Shown here: positions 25,658 through 39,203 of the stretch, in pieces
Position numbering within the stretch: the first letter of the stretch is position 1
Layout: the number at the start of each line of letters is the position of its first letter
Source of the DNA: Octopus bimaculoides
Taxonomy: Eukaryota
DNA: 64,000 bases
Reading direction: 5' to 3'
Assembly: GCF_001194135.2 (NCBI RefSeq)
Contig: NC_068989.1
Location: 8,918,644 to 8,982,643, forward strand
Notes under the pieces: model-generated
What the model saw: the letters and a program-made list of their open reading frames with translations, nothing else
What the model was told of the DNA's origin: nothing
Database searches by the model: none
Translations under genes and position numbers: made by a program

Positions 25658-26559
25658 TTAAAGTGAGCTAAATTAGAACATTCCATCAGAATCTTGTGTT
25701 TATGCTCACCAACTGAATAAGGAGTTATTCACAAAATTCTTCATTATATTCCTAATTAATTTAAACTAATAGAAATATGGTGAGGAAAGGGTTAAACTAA
25801 AATTCCAGTCTTCAATACAGAAACACTGTGTTGACTGTGTTTATCCCCACACCATCGCTAGACAACCAATGTTGGTGTGTTTACATCCCATAACTTAGCA
25901 GTTCAGCAAAAAGAGACTGATAGAATAAGTACTAGGCTTACAAAGGATAAGTCCTGGGGTCGATTTGTTCGACTAAAGGCAGTGTTCCAGCATGGCCACA
26001 GTCAAAATGATTGAAACAAGTAAAAGATTAAAAGATTAATACACAGAATATTTTAAGAATTTTTTTAAAATACAATTTCTTACAATATTCAGTTCTAAAA
26101 ATAGGATTTTTTAAACATTGAATGGTTACAAGAAAAGGTTCACAGGTAAAAAAAATGGTTGGGAAGCACTGATCTAAGATATTCCACTGCAATTAATGCA
26201 CCCACTGCTTGCAGTGACTATGCAGTTGCAACCAACTGTTCTCTCACAACCTACATTCTAAGCAAAACCTTTCTCTGATGTTATGTCATGCTTTTAAGGT
26301 CCCTGCTACTCATAATAGGGATGTATTGATAGGCACACCATTTTACTCTTCCCTGTTTCAAAATATATTTCATCTTTTACTCTTTTACTTGTTTCAGTCA
26401 TTGGACTGCAGCCATGCTGGGGTACCTGCCTTAAAGAGATTTCAGTTGAACAAACTGACCCCTGCACTTTTTGTTTTTAAGCCAGGTTCTTATTCTATGG
26501 ATCTCTTGATTAACCGCTAAGTTATGGGGACATAAACACACCAAAACCAGTTGTCAAAG

Positions 26560-26608
<49 letters not shown>

Positions 26609-29600
26609 GCAACCTTCCTGCAGTTTCCATCTACCAGATCCACTCACAAGACTTTGGTCAGCCTGAGGCTATAGCAGAAATCCCTTATCCAAGGTGCAAC
26701 GAAGTGGGGCTGAACCCTGAACCATGTGGTTGGAAAGCAAACTTCTTACCACACAGCCACACCTATGCCTATTCGAAGATATACAAACAATTACAAATGA
26801 TTGTAATGCAGAATTTTCCATAGTCATGCAGTTCTGAAGTCATTCTGAAAGCTAGAGTGAATAAAAGAGTGACGAAAACTAGTTCTCTTAAGCAGCAATA
26901 ACTGCACGTGAAAATATCTCTCTGTACTTACTGCCAATTTTAACAAGTAAATCAACAAATATCACAAATACAAATAGTCATTTCCACAAGTCAAAACAGT
27001 ACCTAATCCAAAAGCACAATATTAGTTTTATAAGAAAACATATTAGCTTTTAACTTTTTAGCAGTCAGACTAATCAGGCAAATGTAGTACTTCTTTATTA
27101 CCTCCGCCTTAGAGAAGGTCAAGCTATAGCTTTCAGTCATGCTTGTTTGTCCATGGTCAAGATATCTCAAGACCCGCTGAAGGTATTCGGATGAAACTTT
27201 CATGGAAATTTGGCCTTGTGACTGGCATGCACTGAATGGATTTTGGGATCAGTCTGGGACAAGACGAGGATTCTGGATTATTTTTCAGGTTTTTATTTTT
27301 TATTTTTGAGAGCGGTCAGGTTCATTTTTAGTATTCCCGCGCTAACGTTTCTGCCAGCTCACTGCCTTTATTGCAATTTCTATCTACTAATTCCACTCTG
27401 AAGGCATTTGCTGGCCCAAGGATATAGAAACTGTTTGCTCAAAATGCTATGCAGTGTGGGTCTAAACCTCAAAGTGATTATAAAGCTAACTTACTAACTT
27501 CATACACGCCTATTCCTTTATGTATAGAATCGCTATTATACGTATATATGAATTTGTGTGCATGTATATACACCATACAACCGGAATATTATATTTAAAT
27601 TCTATATGTTCTATATTTAAATTCTATTCACACAGAGACACTAAATTCTATCCTGCCTCAAGGTCATTGCAAACTTGTGAAACCAAATCTTAGAAATATT
27701 CACTAACACCCTGCTGAGTTGGTTGGAATTCTTGAATTATCACAACTGCAGAGTGAAGTCATTGAAATGCTATATTTTATTAACTTTGACCATGAATTGT
27801 ACCAAAGCAATTGTTTTGTTTTTTTATGCTCTTTTTATTAACCAGCAATTACATTTTGGAAAAGCCATTTTAACCATCTAAAAACAGACAAAAAAACAGT
27901 TCCATTAACTTTTCTTATTTCATGAGATCTCAAGATTTCCATTATCACTGTGGTCCTGTGTCAGTGACCAAGTAGTAGTAAATGCAATAAAAATGCGACT
28001 ATGCGATTCCAGGTTCAGTCCCACTGCACTGCACTTGGGCAAATGTCTTCTACAACAGCAATGGACTCACCAATGATTTGTGAGTGAAATTGGTAGATGG
28101 AAACTGTACGCAAACTTGTGTTTGTCTACACCACCATTTGACAATCAATGTTAGTTTGCTTATGTCCCCATAACTTAGCAGTTCAACAAAAGAGACTAAT
28201 AGAATAAGTATCAGGGTTTAAAAAATAAATACAGAATTCAATTTGTTCAACTAAACTCTTAAGGTGGAGGCACATGGCCTAGTGATTAGAGCAGCAGACT
28301 CACGGTCAAGGGATTGTGAGTTCAAATCTCAGACCGGGCGATGTGTGTGTTTATGAGCAAAACACCTAAGTTCCATGCGGCTCTGGCAGAAGATAATGGT
28401 GAACCTCTGCTGACTCTTTCGCCACAACTTTTTCTCACTCTTTCCTCCTGCATCTTGCAGCTCACCTACGACAGACCAGCGTCCCGTCCAGGTGGGGAAC
28501 CAATACGCCAATGAAACCAGGAAACTGGCTCTTATCAGTCAAGTATGGCTCAAGAAGGAACAAACAACGACAACAAACTCTCAAGGGGGTACCCCAGCAT
28601 GGCTAATAGTCCAATAACTGAAACAAGTAAGAGATCAAAGAAAAGAAAATAGCTTTTTGTTGGTTTTTAAATTACTAAAATGGCATTTTGCACAATGTAA
28701 TTGCTTCTATTTCAAACCATGGTTTTAGAAGATCAACTCGCATCAGATGTGTACAAGACTGAAATTTCTAATAACCAATTAATAAAAATTTGTTTATCAT
28801 GTTTTTTCAATCAATGCAAGAATTAGTTCATACTGTATTAGTGAAGTTAACATTAAATAACTAGCCAAGCACAAGTTATAAAATGATGAACATACAAACA
28901 ATTCACAAGATGCAAGATTTCATTCCTAGATTAATACGCAATTATAGTTTTGAATTCTTTACATTCTGAACACATACCAAACCTGAAGTTGTTTTATTAT
29001 GCTTCTTTTTTTTTATTTTAGATTTATATTTTTTGGTAAGGTTTGCAAATTTTAAGATATTTTAAAGAGAATGTTCTATTCGACATAGAAATATCACTCA
29101 TCTTAATTATTGCTGCTGCATATTTTCAAAGCCACGGTATCAAGAATTTAAACAAAGAAATCACATAAAATCAGAATAAGGTGATTGGGTGTGGCTGTTT
29201 GGAAGTAGATGATTCGGCATGGCTGACTGGACAGTCAACCTGTTTTGGCAACAGTATGTTCCAGCATTAGTGGCAAACACACACATGCAGACACACAAGC
29301 ATACAGAAACATACACATAGGCGTAGGAGTGGCCATGTGGGAAGAAGTTTGCTTCCCAACCACATGGTTCTGGGTTCAGTCCCACTGCACAGCACCTTAG
29401 GCAAGTGTCTTCTACTCTAGACTCTAGCTCCTGTTAAACCAGCCAACCCATGCCAGCATAGAAAAAAGAAGTTAAACGATGATGATGATGGGTTTCTTTA
29501 CTTTTGTTTGCCAATTCCATTCACAATGCTTGGGCTGGCCTAATACTATAGGAGGAGGCACTTGCTCGAGGCACCATGCAATGGGACCGATCTCAAAACC

Positions 29601-30750
29601 ATGTGACTGCAAAGTAAATTTTTGCAACCATTCAGCCACGCCTGTGGAAAAACAACAATTCATTATTCACTGGCAATAAAAGATAACATTAAGTCACAAG
29701 ACACACTAGTAGTGTTACAACCACACACACGACTAAATTTCTACCAATCACAGAGTTCACACTATTGACATTTACACACATCACACAAGGAATATTAAAG
29801 CCGCTAAGTCTTAACATATTCACTGGCACCAACATTTCTCTAACACGAATATAGTACCAGTTTAACATTTAGATCTTATATAGAATATGTCAATCATGCT
29901 GGAGATCTCAACATCCCTGGCACAGTTCCAACAAATGAGCAATCCAAAATAGTGTTCTTTATTTCTTAAATTATACAAACATCAAATGTTAGAAAAGGAA
30001 ACTATAACACTCAACATCAAAAACTATCTTACCATATTCCAAACCAATTAACAAACATAAGCATATTAGAACATCCCAAGTTCAGGGTCTCACCCATTGT
30101 ACATAAACCAATATTGAAAATAGCAACTTATTTTCAAGGTCAAAAATTGTATTCTAGGTTATCATTCCTTTAGAATGAATTTATAATAAATATGTTCAGA
30201 TGTGGCTGTGTGGTTAATAAGTTTACTTCCCAATCATGCTGTCTTGAGTTCAGTCTCACTGTACAGCACCTTGCACAGGTGTCTTCTACTATAGCCACAG
30301 GTTGACCAAAACCTTGTGAGTGGATTTGCCATCCAGAAACTGGAAGAAGCCTGTCGCAGGAATGTGCACGTATGTGTGTGTGTATCTAAACATCATATTA
30401 TGATTGCAAATGAGCATCACCATTATACAAGTGATGTTATTTATTTCCAGTCTTCTGTGAAAAACATGTCTGGTCACAGGGAAATATTATTTTGCTAAGA
30501 AACAGGTGAGGGTTGGCAACAAGAAGGGGATTCAACTGTAGAATATCTACCAACAAATTCCATCTGACCCATGCCAGCATAAAAAAGTGCATGTTAAATG
30601 ATAATGACGATTATGTGAGGGATCAAGTCTAGGGAGCAATGAACATTTAAAACTTTTGAAAATACCAAATCAATCTGAACAAAGAATTACATTAAAATTA
30701 CACTAAATGCCACTCTGTCACCATATAGCCACATATATATATATATATAT

Positions 30751-31141
30751 CAGGCATGTGCCGTCAGCAATTATTCAGGGTAGGCAATTGGTGACCTCTG
30801 TGTAGTAAAATACAAAAAATAAGCGAGACACAGGCGTGCGACTGAGTTGAAGGCAGATTTACTTCTGCCTTTATAGCACATAAAGAAAATGTTGTAGGAG
30901 TGTACGCAGCACGTGTACTACAGCATTACTATGAGTAGCTTAAATACAGAGATTGAAAAGCAGAGGTGAATAATGTCAGCCTAATCTACAAAAAAGATAA
31001 AATATTTTGTATTTTATGAGTAACCTTCATAAGTTCATTGAATTAGGTGCATATTTTGCCATAAAAGGAAAATGTTGCTATTGAACTATTTTATTTAAGG
31101 TAGGTACTTCCTTCCTTGCCTACCTAGGCAGCACGTCCCTG
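30751..31141. mobile_element. MITE inserted in a (TA)n microsatellite
   Basis: Imperfect TIRs CAGGCATGTGCCG / CAGCACGTCCCTG with subterminal GGTAGGCA / TGCCTACC; (TA)n on both sides. Confidence 0.65.
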
Positions 31142-33032
31142 ATATATATATATATATATATAGTTGTTATATTGTTTTGATAACATAATAGGTTAGATAG
31201 GACGATGTCTATATTACAATAACCAATAATATGTTGTGCATGTATAGTCATTTTACAATCATGAAATTAGCATTAGTTTGTCTCACTCATTTTCACGGAA
31301 CCCCTAGGAACCTTTTGCAGAACCCTAGGGTTCCAGGAAGCCCCAGTTGAGAAACGCTGGCTTAGGGAAACAAAAAATTTTTCTCTCAACTGAGTAGCAA
31401 ATAGTAGCCTGGAAATAATTTTATTCAACTAGTCATGCTAGATATAACCGAATTAACAAAGCCGTCCGGTACATATAAAACGGAAACATAATACATCTAT
31501 AGAAATTATTTGGATTTTAAGCATACAAAGAGAACATAAAAAAAGAGCTTAACACAAAACTGATTAAAATTCAAATGTATGTAAAGTATGTGTGTGTGTG
31601 TGTGTGTGTCTTTGTGTTTGCAAGCAAGCACACATGGATATTTACAGAATTTAAAAGAAACAATTTACAAAAAGACACGAGTTCTAAATCAACACATTTG
31701 AAAATGTGGACGTGTTAAATTCAACAATGCAGCAACTTGTGGAAGTAGAATTGCTTACTAAAATCTCTTTCACATCCAACTTAAGATGGTTCTAGAAAGA
31801 GTATCCTTGCTAAGAAATATATATTTGTTCCATTTCAGAGTATTCTACTTCCACTTCAAACAAAGCAATACATCAGATACAAACAGCAGTGAAAGCTATT
31901 TTCAGCAATCAATAGTTCAATATTTCATTAATTAAATAAACTGTCTGAAGATATTCAATTGAATTTAAATTGATTGCTTTTTTAAACAAGATTTAATATT
32001 CGACAAAGCCCCACCTCCATTTTTAAAGCCCTCTTCTTTCCTAAAGCAACTGCTAGCCTTTTGGGACCCCATAACAGTCTTCTTATACTCATCAGGGTTA
32101 CCTTTTTTGAGGTAGTTTTATGGCCAGATGCCTTCTCTGTTGTTGATCCTTTTAGTTGACTCTTACGACACACAGGGATTATGGTATTCAGGAAAGTCAG
32201 TGAGAATAGTTCATGCAGGGGACATTAAAAAGATAACTAGAAAAAAATATGCATTGCAATGGCTAAAATTATTTTGATTTGCTTAAACAAAAACAAGGTG
32301 ACGACACTTAAGGCCAGGAAAAGATGTAGAATGCATTTTCAGTTACAGATTCCCAGAGGTCTCAATGTTCTAAAGAGACATTTTGACCCAAAGATATATA
32401 CAAGTGTTGGGTGTAGAATAGTAAAAGGGGTATGCAGAAACACTAAAAAGTACTAGGCTTACAAAGAATAAGCTCTGGGGTCGATTTGCTCGACTATAAA
32501 AAAAAGGCGGTGCTCCAGCATGGCCACAGTCAAATGACTGAAACAAGTAAAAGAGTAAGAAAAGTCATGTCAGATTCTTGTTCCCTTCTTTTCTCTTCAG
32601 CCTTTTAGATTTGTTTAGACATCAATTAAGTCTATTTAGTTCCAATGTTGATGAGTGAGTAATCGACAGGCCAGAACTTGTGGTTGACTGACCACATCAG
32701 AATAAAACTTAAGTCCCCCACATGAAAGGACTGACACTTAAAATGAACAAAAGGACCAAGCAGCATGATGGAACATGTCAAAAGAACGAAACACACATAA
32801 AATGAATGTGTCCATATCCTCTCTTAAGCTCACCTTCCTGTTCCTTGAGAGTTCGTTCTGACACCCCATCACTATCAACTTTATCTTCTTCATTTTACCA
32901 GTTTCTCTCGCCCACCTCTATATAATGTGAGGTAGCCATGTATCTCCTCTTTTAGCAGGATTCATCTGTTTGACCCACCATCATATTTCAAGCTTTCAAT
33001 CCACAGCATAAAGCCACCAGCACTTTCAAATA

Positions 33033-33256
33033 TGGTAGAACCTCGGTTCTCGAACAACTCTGATCACGAATAAATCGTGCTTGATAGATAGGTAGGTAGA
33101 CAGACAGACAGATAGGTAAATGGATAGGTAGATAGATAAGTAGGTAGATAGATAGGTAGGTAGGTAGATAGATAGGTAGACAGACAGACAGAGATAGATA
33201 TATATAAAGCACGATTTATTCATGATCCGAGGCATTTGTAAACTGAGGTACTACTG
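33033..33256. mobile_element. Tigger/pogo-like MITE with central (GATA/GGTA/GACA)n
   Basis: TA|TGGTAGAACCTCGGTT ... AACTGAGGTACTACTG|TA; internal inverted repeat GATCACGAATAAATCGTGCTT / AAGCACGATTTATTCATGATC. Confidence 0.7.
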
Positions 33257-33320
33257 TATTAAATGAATGGTCATATTTTGCCAATTAAATACACACACTA
33301 ACATTTGATATTCATTTCAG

Positions 33321-33351
<31 letters not shown>

Positions 33352-33960
33352 GTAGTTTCATTGTCAAAGCTCTTTTGTCACACATCCTGCGACCTCTTTA
33401 GTGACTCTTTATCCATTGTGTCTCCAGGGGATTTCTTTCAGTTTTGGCAAACTAAAACCACTCATAAGGCTCTGGTTGGCCCAGTGCTTTAGAAAACGAC
33501 ACTTGCCCAGTGGTACCAGACAGTGAGATTGAACCTGGAACCATGTGGTTGAGAAGCAAACTTCTCACCACACAGCCATGCCTGAAAAAATTAAAATTAT
33601 TTTGATAAGATTACTAAGTTCATTAGAATCCCTTGCACATGCAAAGACAGTGCAAGCAGACCTTTTTAGCCCACCATGATCAATTTTTATTATTTTCAAT
33701 CTTATTAGGGTGTTATTTACATTATTTACATTTGACGGAGGGTGTTACTCTTTACTCTTTTACTTGATTCAGTCATTTGACTGTGGCCATGCTGGAGCAC
33801 CACCTTTAGTCGAGCAAATCGACCCCAGGACTTATTCTTTGGAAGCCTAGTACTTATTCTTTTGCTCTCTTTTGCCAAACCGCTAAGTTACGGGGACGTA
33901 AACACACCAGCATCGGTTATCAAGCGATGTTGGGGGACAAACACAGACACACAAACATAT

Positions 33961-34009
<49 letters not shown>

Positions 34010-37000
34010 CATATATACAACGGGCTTCTTTCAGTTTCCGTCTACCAAATCTACTCACAAGGCTTTGGTTGGCCCAAAGCTATAGTAGAAGACACTTGCC
34101 CAAGGTGCCACGCAGTGGGACTGAACCCGGAACCATGTGGTTGGTAAGCAAGCTACTTACCACACAGCCATTCCTCCGCCTATATATATTTTAGTTTTAA
34201 GTAAAAAAAAAAGAAAATAGATAAGCTTTTTGTAACATTTTACAGGGAGATTATTTTAAGGCCTATCATGTCTTATCTAAAAACCCATAACAACCCACTG
34301 CTGATGTGTGTCATAGGTTTGTTATCACAGTTCTAGGAGAGAAGCAATAACCACTTTGTGTCAACATGGTTGTGTGGTTAGGAAGCTTGCTTCGCAACCA
34401 TATGGTTTAGGGTTCAGTCCAACTGTACAACACCCTGAGCAAGTATCTTTTACTATGATCCAACCAAAGCCTTGTGAGTGGAGTTGGTAGATAGAAACAA
34501 GCAACCAGTAGTGTGTAAGGAGGGTTCCTCTGTGTGTGTGTGGGAGGTGCATTGTTGTCTTGACATAATTGCATCATCATCATTTAAGGTCCACTTTCCT
34601 TGCTGGCATGGGTTGGATGGTCTGACAAGAGCTGGCAAGCCAGAAGACTGCACCAGGTGTCACTGTTTGGGTATAGTTTTTACGCATGGATGCTCTTCCG
34701 AACACCAACCACTTCACAGAATGGACAAACATGATGGTTGTAAATGAGCACCACCTTTAACTCATTAATATTCAAACTGGCCACATCCAGCTCGAATGTC
34801 CCAACTGTTTCATGTTCAACCTGGTCAGATCAAGCTGCTCACACTTACCCTATAATGACATTCTAAAAATAAACCATCACATCATCGAAATCTTGAAGCT
34901 ACAAGGATGAATAAGCATTACATTTGACAGAGTAATCTGAATGCTGAAGGGTTAACCCATCTGAATGCTGAAGGGTTAACCCATAAAGTGCTGGGATTTG
35001 CACTTACATAGCATGGACTGCTGAGCACATTTTATGAAGATGAGACTACCATGCACACATAAAAAACAAAAAATAGTTAAAATATCTTAGTATATAATAG
35101 TGGCAAGTTTTACATCATCTGAAAAGTCATTAGTTGAACTATTAGTCCTCTTGCATTCTGGCGGGGTATCAGAGTGTTTGAGTGACATTGGACCCCAACA
35201 AACGCCCATAAATTAAATGCATCTATCTGGGCCACGATCATGGCCCATTGTGCTTTATGTGTTAAGCAAGGTTGTTCATTCTTAGTCTATTGTAAAAAAA
35301 AAAATGTCTAGCTTTGGAAAAATATTACCTTGCTTATAAACAAGTGTTGGCAGCAGGAAGGGCATCCAGGTATAGAAAATCTATCTCAATAAATTCCATC
35401 TGATCCATGCAAGCATGGAAAAGTGGATGTTAAGTGGTGATGGTTCACTTATTTCACTGTTCAATGGACAGGTTGGACAGGTTTGTAGAATTATATTTTT
35501 ACTGTAGTCCTAAATTAAGTTCCAACTACAATCATCATATCTCTACATTACTTTAACCTGCCTCTTATTTAGCTACAATTCATTATCATTTCATTCCATA
35601 GCACTTTGAGTGATTTCCATGGAGCTACAGTATCTCTCGAGGCTATCTTACGCCAATAACCAGAGTGCACTCAATGCTAAATGCTTATCATTCCCACTTG
35701 ACTTCTAACTCAAATAAAACTAGATACAGCGACTCAGAAGCAATTATTAAATTACGTGAGTCAGTAAAAATATACGGACAACAACACTGGCTAAATGTGT
35801 TAAAATTTCCAATTCGATAGCTACAAGTTGCACATAATCATTCTTTAACATCCGCTTTTCTATACTTGCATGAGTTAGACAGAATTCATTTAGGCGGATA
35901 TTTTTCTTCTATGACCAGATGTCCTTCCTTGTTCACCAGTTCTCACCTGTTCCCATGGCCAGACAAGTTTTCACAAAAGACTAGAAACAAAGGAATACTC
36001 TTAAATGAAGGTGACATTTGTTCATAATTGTCTTGTGATGTCAAGACAAGGAAATCACTAAGACACGTATATAAACACACATTCAATTTCTGTTTACAAA
36101 AGCCACTCACAAAGCTTTGGTCATCGTGGGTCTATGGAAGACACTTGCCCAAGAAGCTAAGCGATGGGGCTCAACTCACTTGTTTCAGTCATTTGACTGC
36201 GGCCATGCTGGAGCACCGCCTTTATTCGAGCAAATCGACCCCAGGACTTATTCTTTGGAAGCCTAGTATTTATTCTATTGGTTACTTTTGCCGAACTGCT
36301 AAGTTACGGGGATGTTAACACACCACCATCGGTTGTCAAGCGATGTTGGAGGGACAAACACAGATACACAAACATATACACTCACACATATATATACATA
36401 TATACGTGCTTCTTTCAGTTTCCATCTACCAAATCTACTCACAAGGCTTTGGTCAGCCCGAGGCTATAATAGAAGACACTTGCCCAAGGTGCCACGTAAT
36501 GGGAATGAACCCGGAACCATGTGGTTCGTAAATATCATCAACAGCTTAGACTGCAAACAGTCTAAGTCTTGCTCGTTTTCCAGACAATGTGCCAGGTTCA
36601 TTACACACTCAGTTCAACACAGAGGTATGTTTTTTTGGTTTTGTTTTTTTCTTTTTAGTAAAAACACAAGCAAACACCATTAACAATGAGTCATAAAAAC
36701 ACTTGACTCCAAAGCTGGAACACAATCAGTTGTCTATTTTTAGTATTTTATCTTGTTTCTACATGTCTCATTTATTTTACCGCCATAACTGAAATCCAAT
36801 AGAGATTACGTTTATAGTATTCCCGCTTTACTGNNNNNNNNNNNNNNNNNNNNNNNNNNNNNNNNNNNNNNNNNNNNNNNNNNNNNNNNNNNNNNNNNNN
36901 NNNNNNNNNNNGCATGACAGGATTAATCAAGAAAATGAATAGGTGTGCATTTGATTATCATCATCATCATGATTTAATGTCCCCATTCCAGGTTGGCTGA

Positions 37001-37242
37001 TTTGACTAGACTGCATTGTGCTCCGGTGTCTGCTTCGGCACAGTTTCTACAGCTGGATGCTCTTAATGCCAACCACTTAAAAGCATGCATTAAATGCTCT
37101 TTTTCATGCTACCATCACTATCAATGTCCTCATTGCAGCTAACATGACAAGCCTTGAGGAAGATGGGAGTGGTTTCTTGGCTATGAGGGGAGTTAATGTA
37201 AAATAGAAACAGAGTAAGACAAAAGAGGTTCTTACTGTAGAA

Positions 37243-37524
37243 CAGTGGTTCCCAAACTTTTTCGGACTGCCACCCCCCTGACTCGCAGGCCACATTCCTA
37301 GTGCCCCCACCCCAACTAACCATTACAAACATAGACCTCTTTCTGAACCAGATTCAAAGCAACTGTATTTCACAAATAAAACTTAACCTAACAAACCCAT
37401 TATTGTGTTGTTTATACATGAATCTCTACCCCATTATTGCCCCACTTTTTTCAATGCTCCCTCGAAACTTTACACCACCCACCCCCCAGGGGATGGGCTA
37501 TACCGCCCACTTTGGGAACCACTG
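37243..37524. mobile_element. hAT (Charlie-like) MITE
   Basis: TIRs CAGTGGTTCCCAAA / TTTGGGAACCACTG; 8-bp TSD CTGTAGAA / CAGTAGAA (7/8). Confidence 0.85.
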
Positions 37525-38536
37525 CAGTAGAACTACATGGCTACTCACATTTTGGAGAGATGATGAGACTGGTTAAAATGGCCACTGAGTACAATGCTGT
37601 ACTTGTTTCATCTTTCATCTTTTAACTTTGATGTACTTTAGAGTTTTGAACTGATAAACTGAGATGTTTTTTTTTTATTATCATCATCATCATCGTTTAA
37701 CGTCCGCTTTCCATGCTAGCATGGGTTGGACGATTTGACTGAGGACTGGTGAAACCAGATGGCTACACCAGGCTCCAATCTGATTTGGCAGAGTTTCTAC
37801 AGCTGGATGCCCTTCCTAACGCCAACCACTCCGAGAGTGTAGTGGATGCTTTTACGTGCCACCAGCATGAAGGCCAGTCAGGAGGTACTGGCAACGGCCA
37901 CGCTCAAAATGGTGTATTTTACATACCACCTGCACAGGAGCCAGTCCAGCTATTTACAATTATTTACTGCTTTTATATCCTTCTGCCTTACCTTTTAATA
38001 AAAACAATCATCTTTAATACTTCCTAAGCTTACATTTAGTTGTTTTGTAATGTCTTTTAATGCATAAAAAGCCATAACTGCATAGCTGTAACCTTTAAGC
38101 TTAACGAGTTTAAGGGTTCTAAAATGTGGTCTGATGATCCACGGTGCACAAGCATGTAGAGTCCTTTCAATCAATATAACTAGATTAGCCTAATTACAAA
38201 CAGGGAAGGTGGTGAGCTGGCAGAATCGTTAGCAGATCAAACAAAATGCTTGGTGACATTTCTTCCAGTTATTTTTACAATCTGAGTTCAAGTCCTACCA
38301 AGGTCAACTTTGCCTTTCATCCCTTCAAGGTCAATAAACTAAAACACCAGTCAAGTATTAGGGTCAATGTAATCAACTTCCTACACCTCCACCCTACATC
38401 CTCTCGAAAAGGAAAAAAATTTACTGGTCTTGGACCCTGCAATGGACTGGCATCTCATTAAAAGGGAATGTTGTGAACTCAGTCACTTGCAAGCCATGGA
38501 AGTCAGGTAACTGACCAACTGAGCCCTTGGGCCCGA

Positions 38537-39203
38537 AGAAAAATAAATTACTAACAAAAGAGCTACGGTCACAGGTTCTATAAATTGTGAAGATGCAGAG
38601 CTGAATGTCTTATGAACCAACTCCATGATCCTGGCTTAAGCATCAACTATTTTTCAGATATACTGCTATGTATCTTGTCCTATACCATCACAGTTAGCAC
38701 CTTGGCGGAATTTGAACTCAGAACGTAAAGACAGACGAAATACCGTTAAGCAGTTCGCCCGGCGTGTTAACGTTTCTGCCAGCTCGCTATCTGTCTGGCT
38801 CAAATATTCTACCCAATTTTATATTAAAACTGACCAGATCCAACCTCTCACACCTACCCTACAATATCATTCTAAAAATACACAAGCACACTATTCAAAT
38901 CTTAAAGCTACAAGACAATGTGTGTTTAATTCAAAATAGCGTGAATAAATAACTGTTACATTTGATAGAGAAATCTGAATGCTAAAGAGTTTTCAGCTAT
39001 TACATTTTAACCTTTCAATACTTTATAAACACATTTAGAAAAATAAATTACTAACAAAAGAGCTACGGTCACAGGTTCTATAAATTGTGAAGATGCAGAG
39101 CTGAATGTCTTATGAACCAACTCCATGATCCTGGCTTAAGCATCAACTATTTTTCAGATATACTGCTATGTATCTTGTCCTATACCATCACAGTTAGCAC
39201 CTT
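38537..39203. repeat. 167-bp direct repeat (38537-38703, 39037-39203) enclosing a 340-bp inverted copy of 39672-40011
   Basis: Direct comparison; period 500 bp; two mismatches seen between the inverted arms. Confidence 0.95.
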
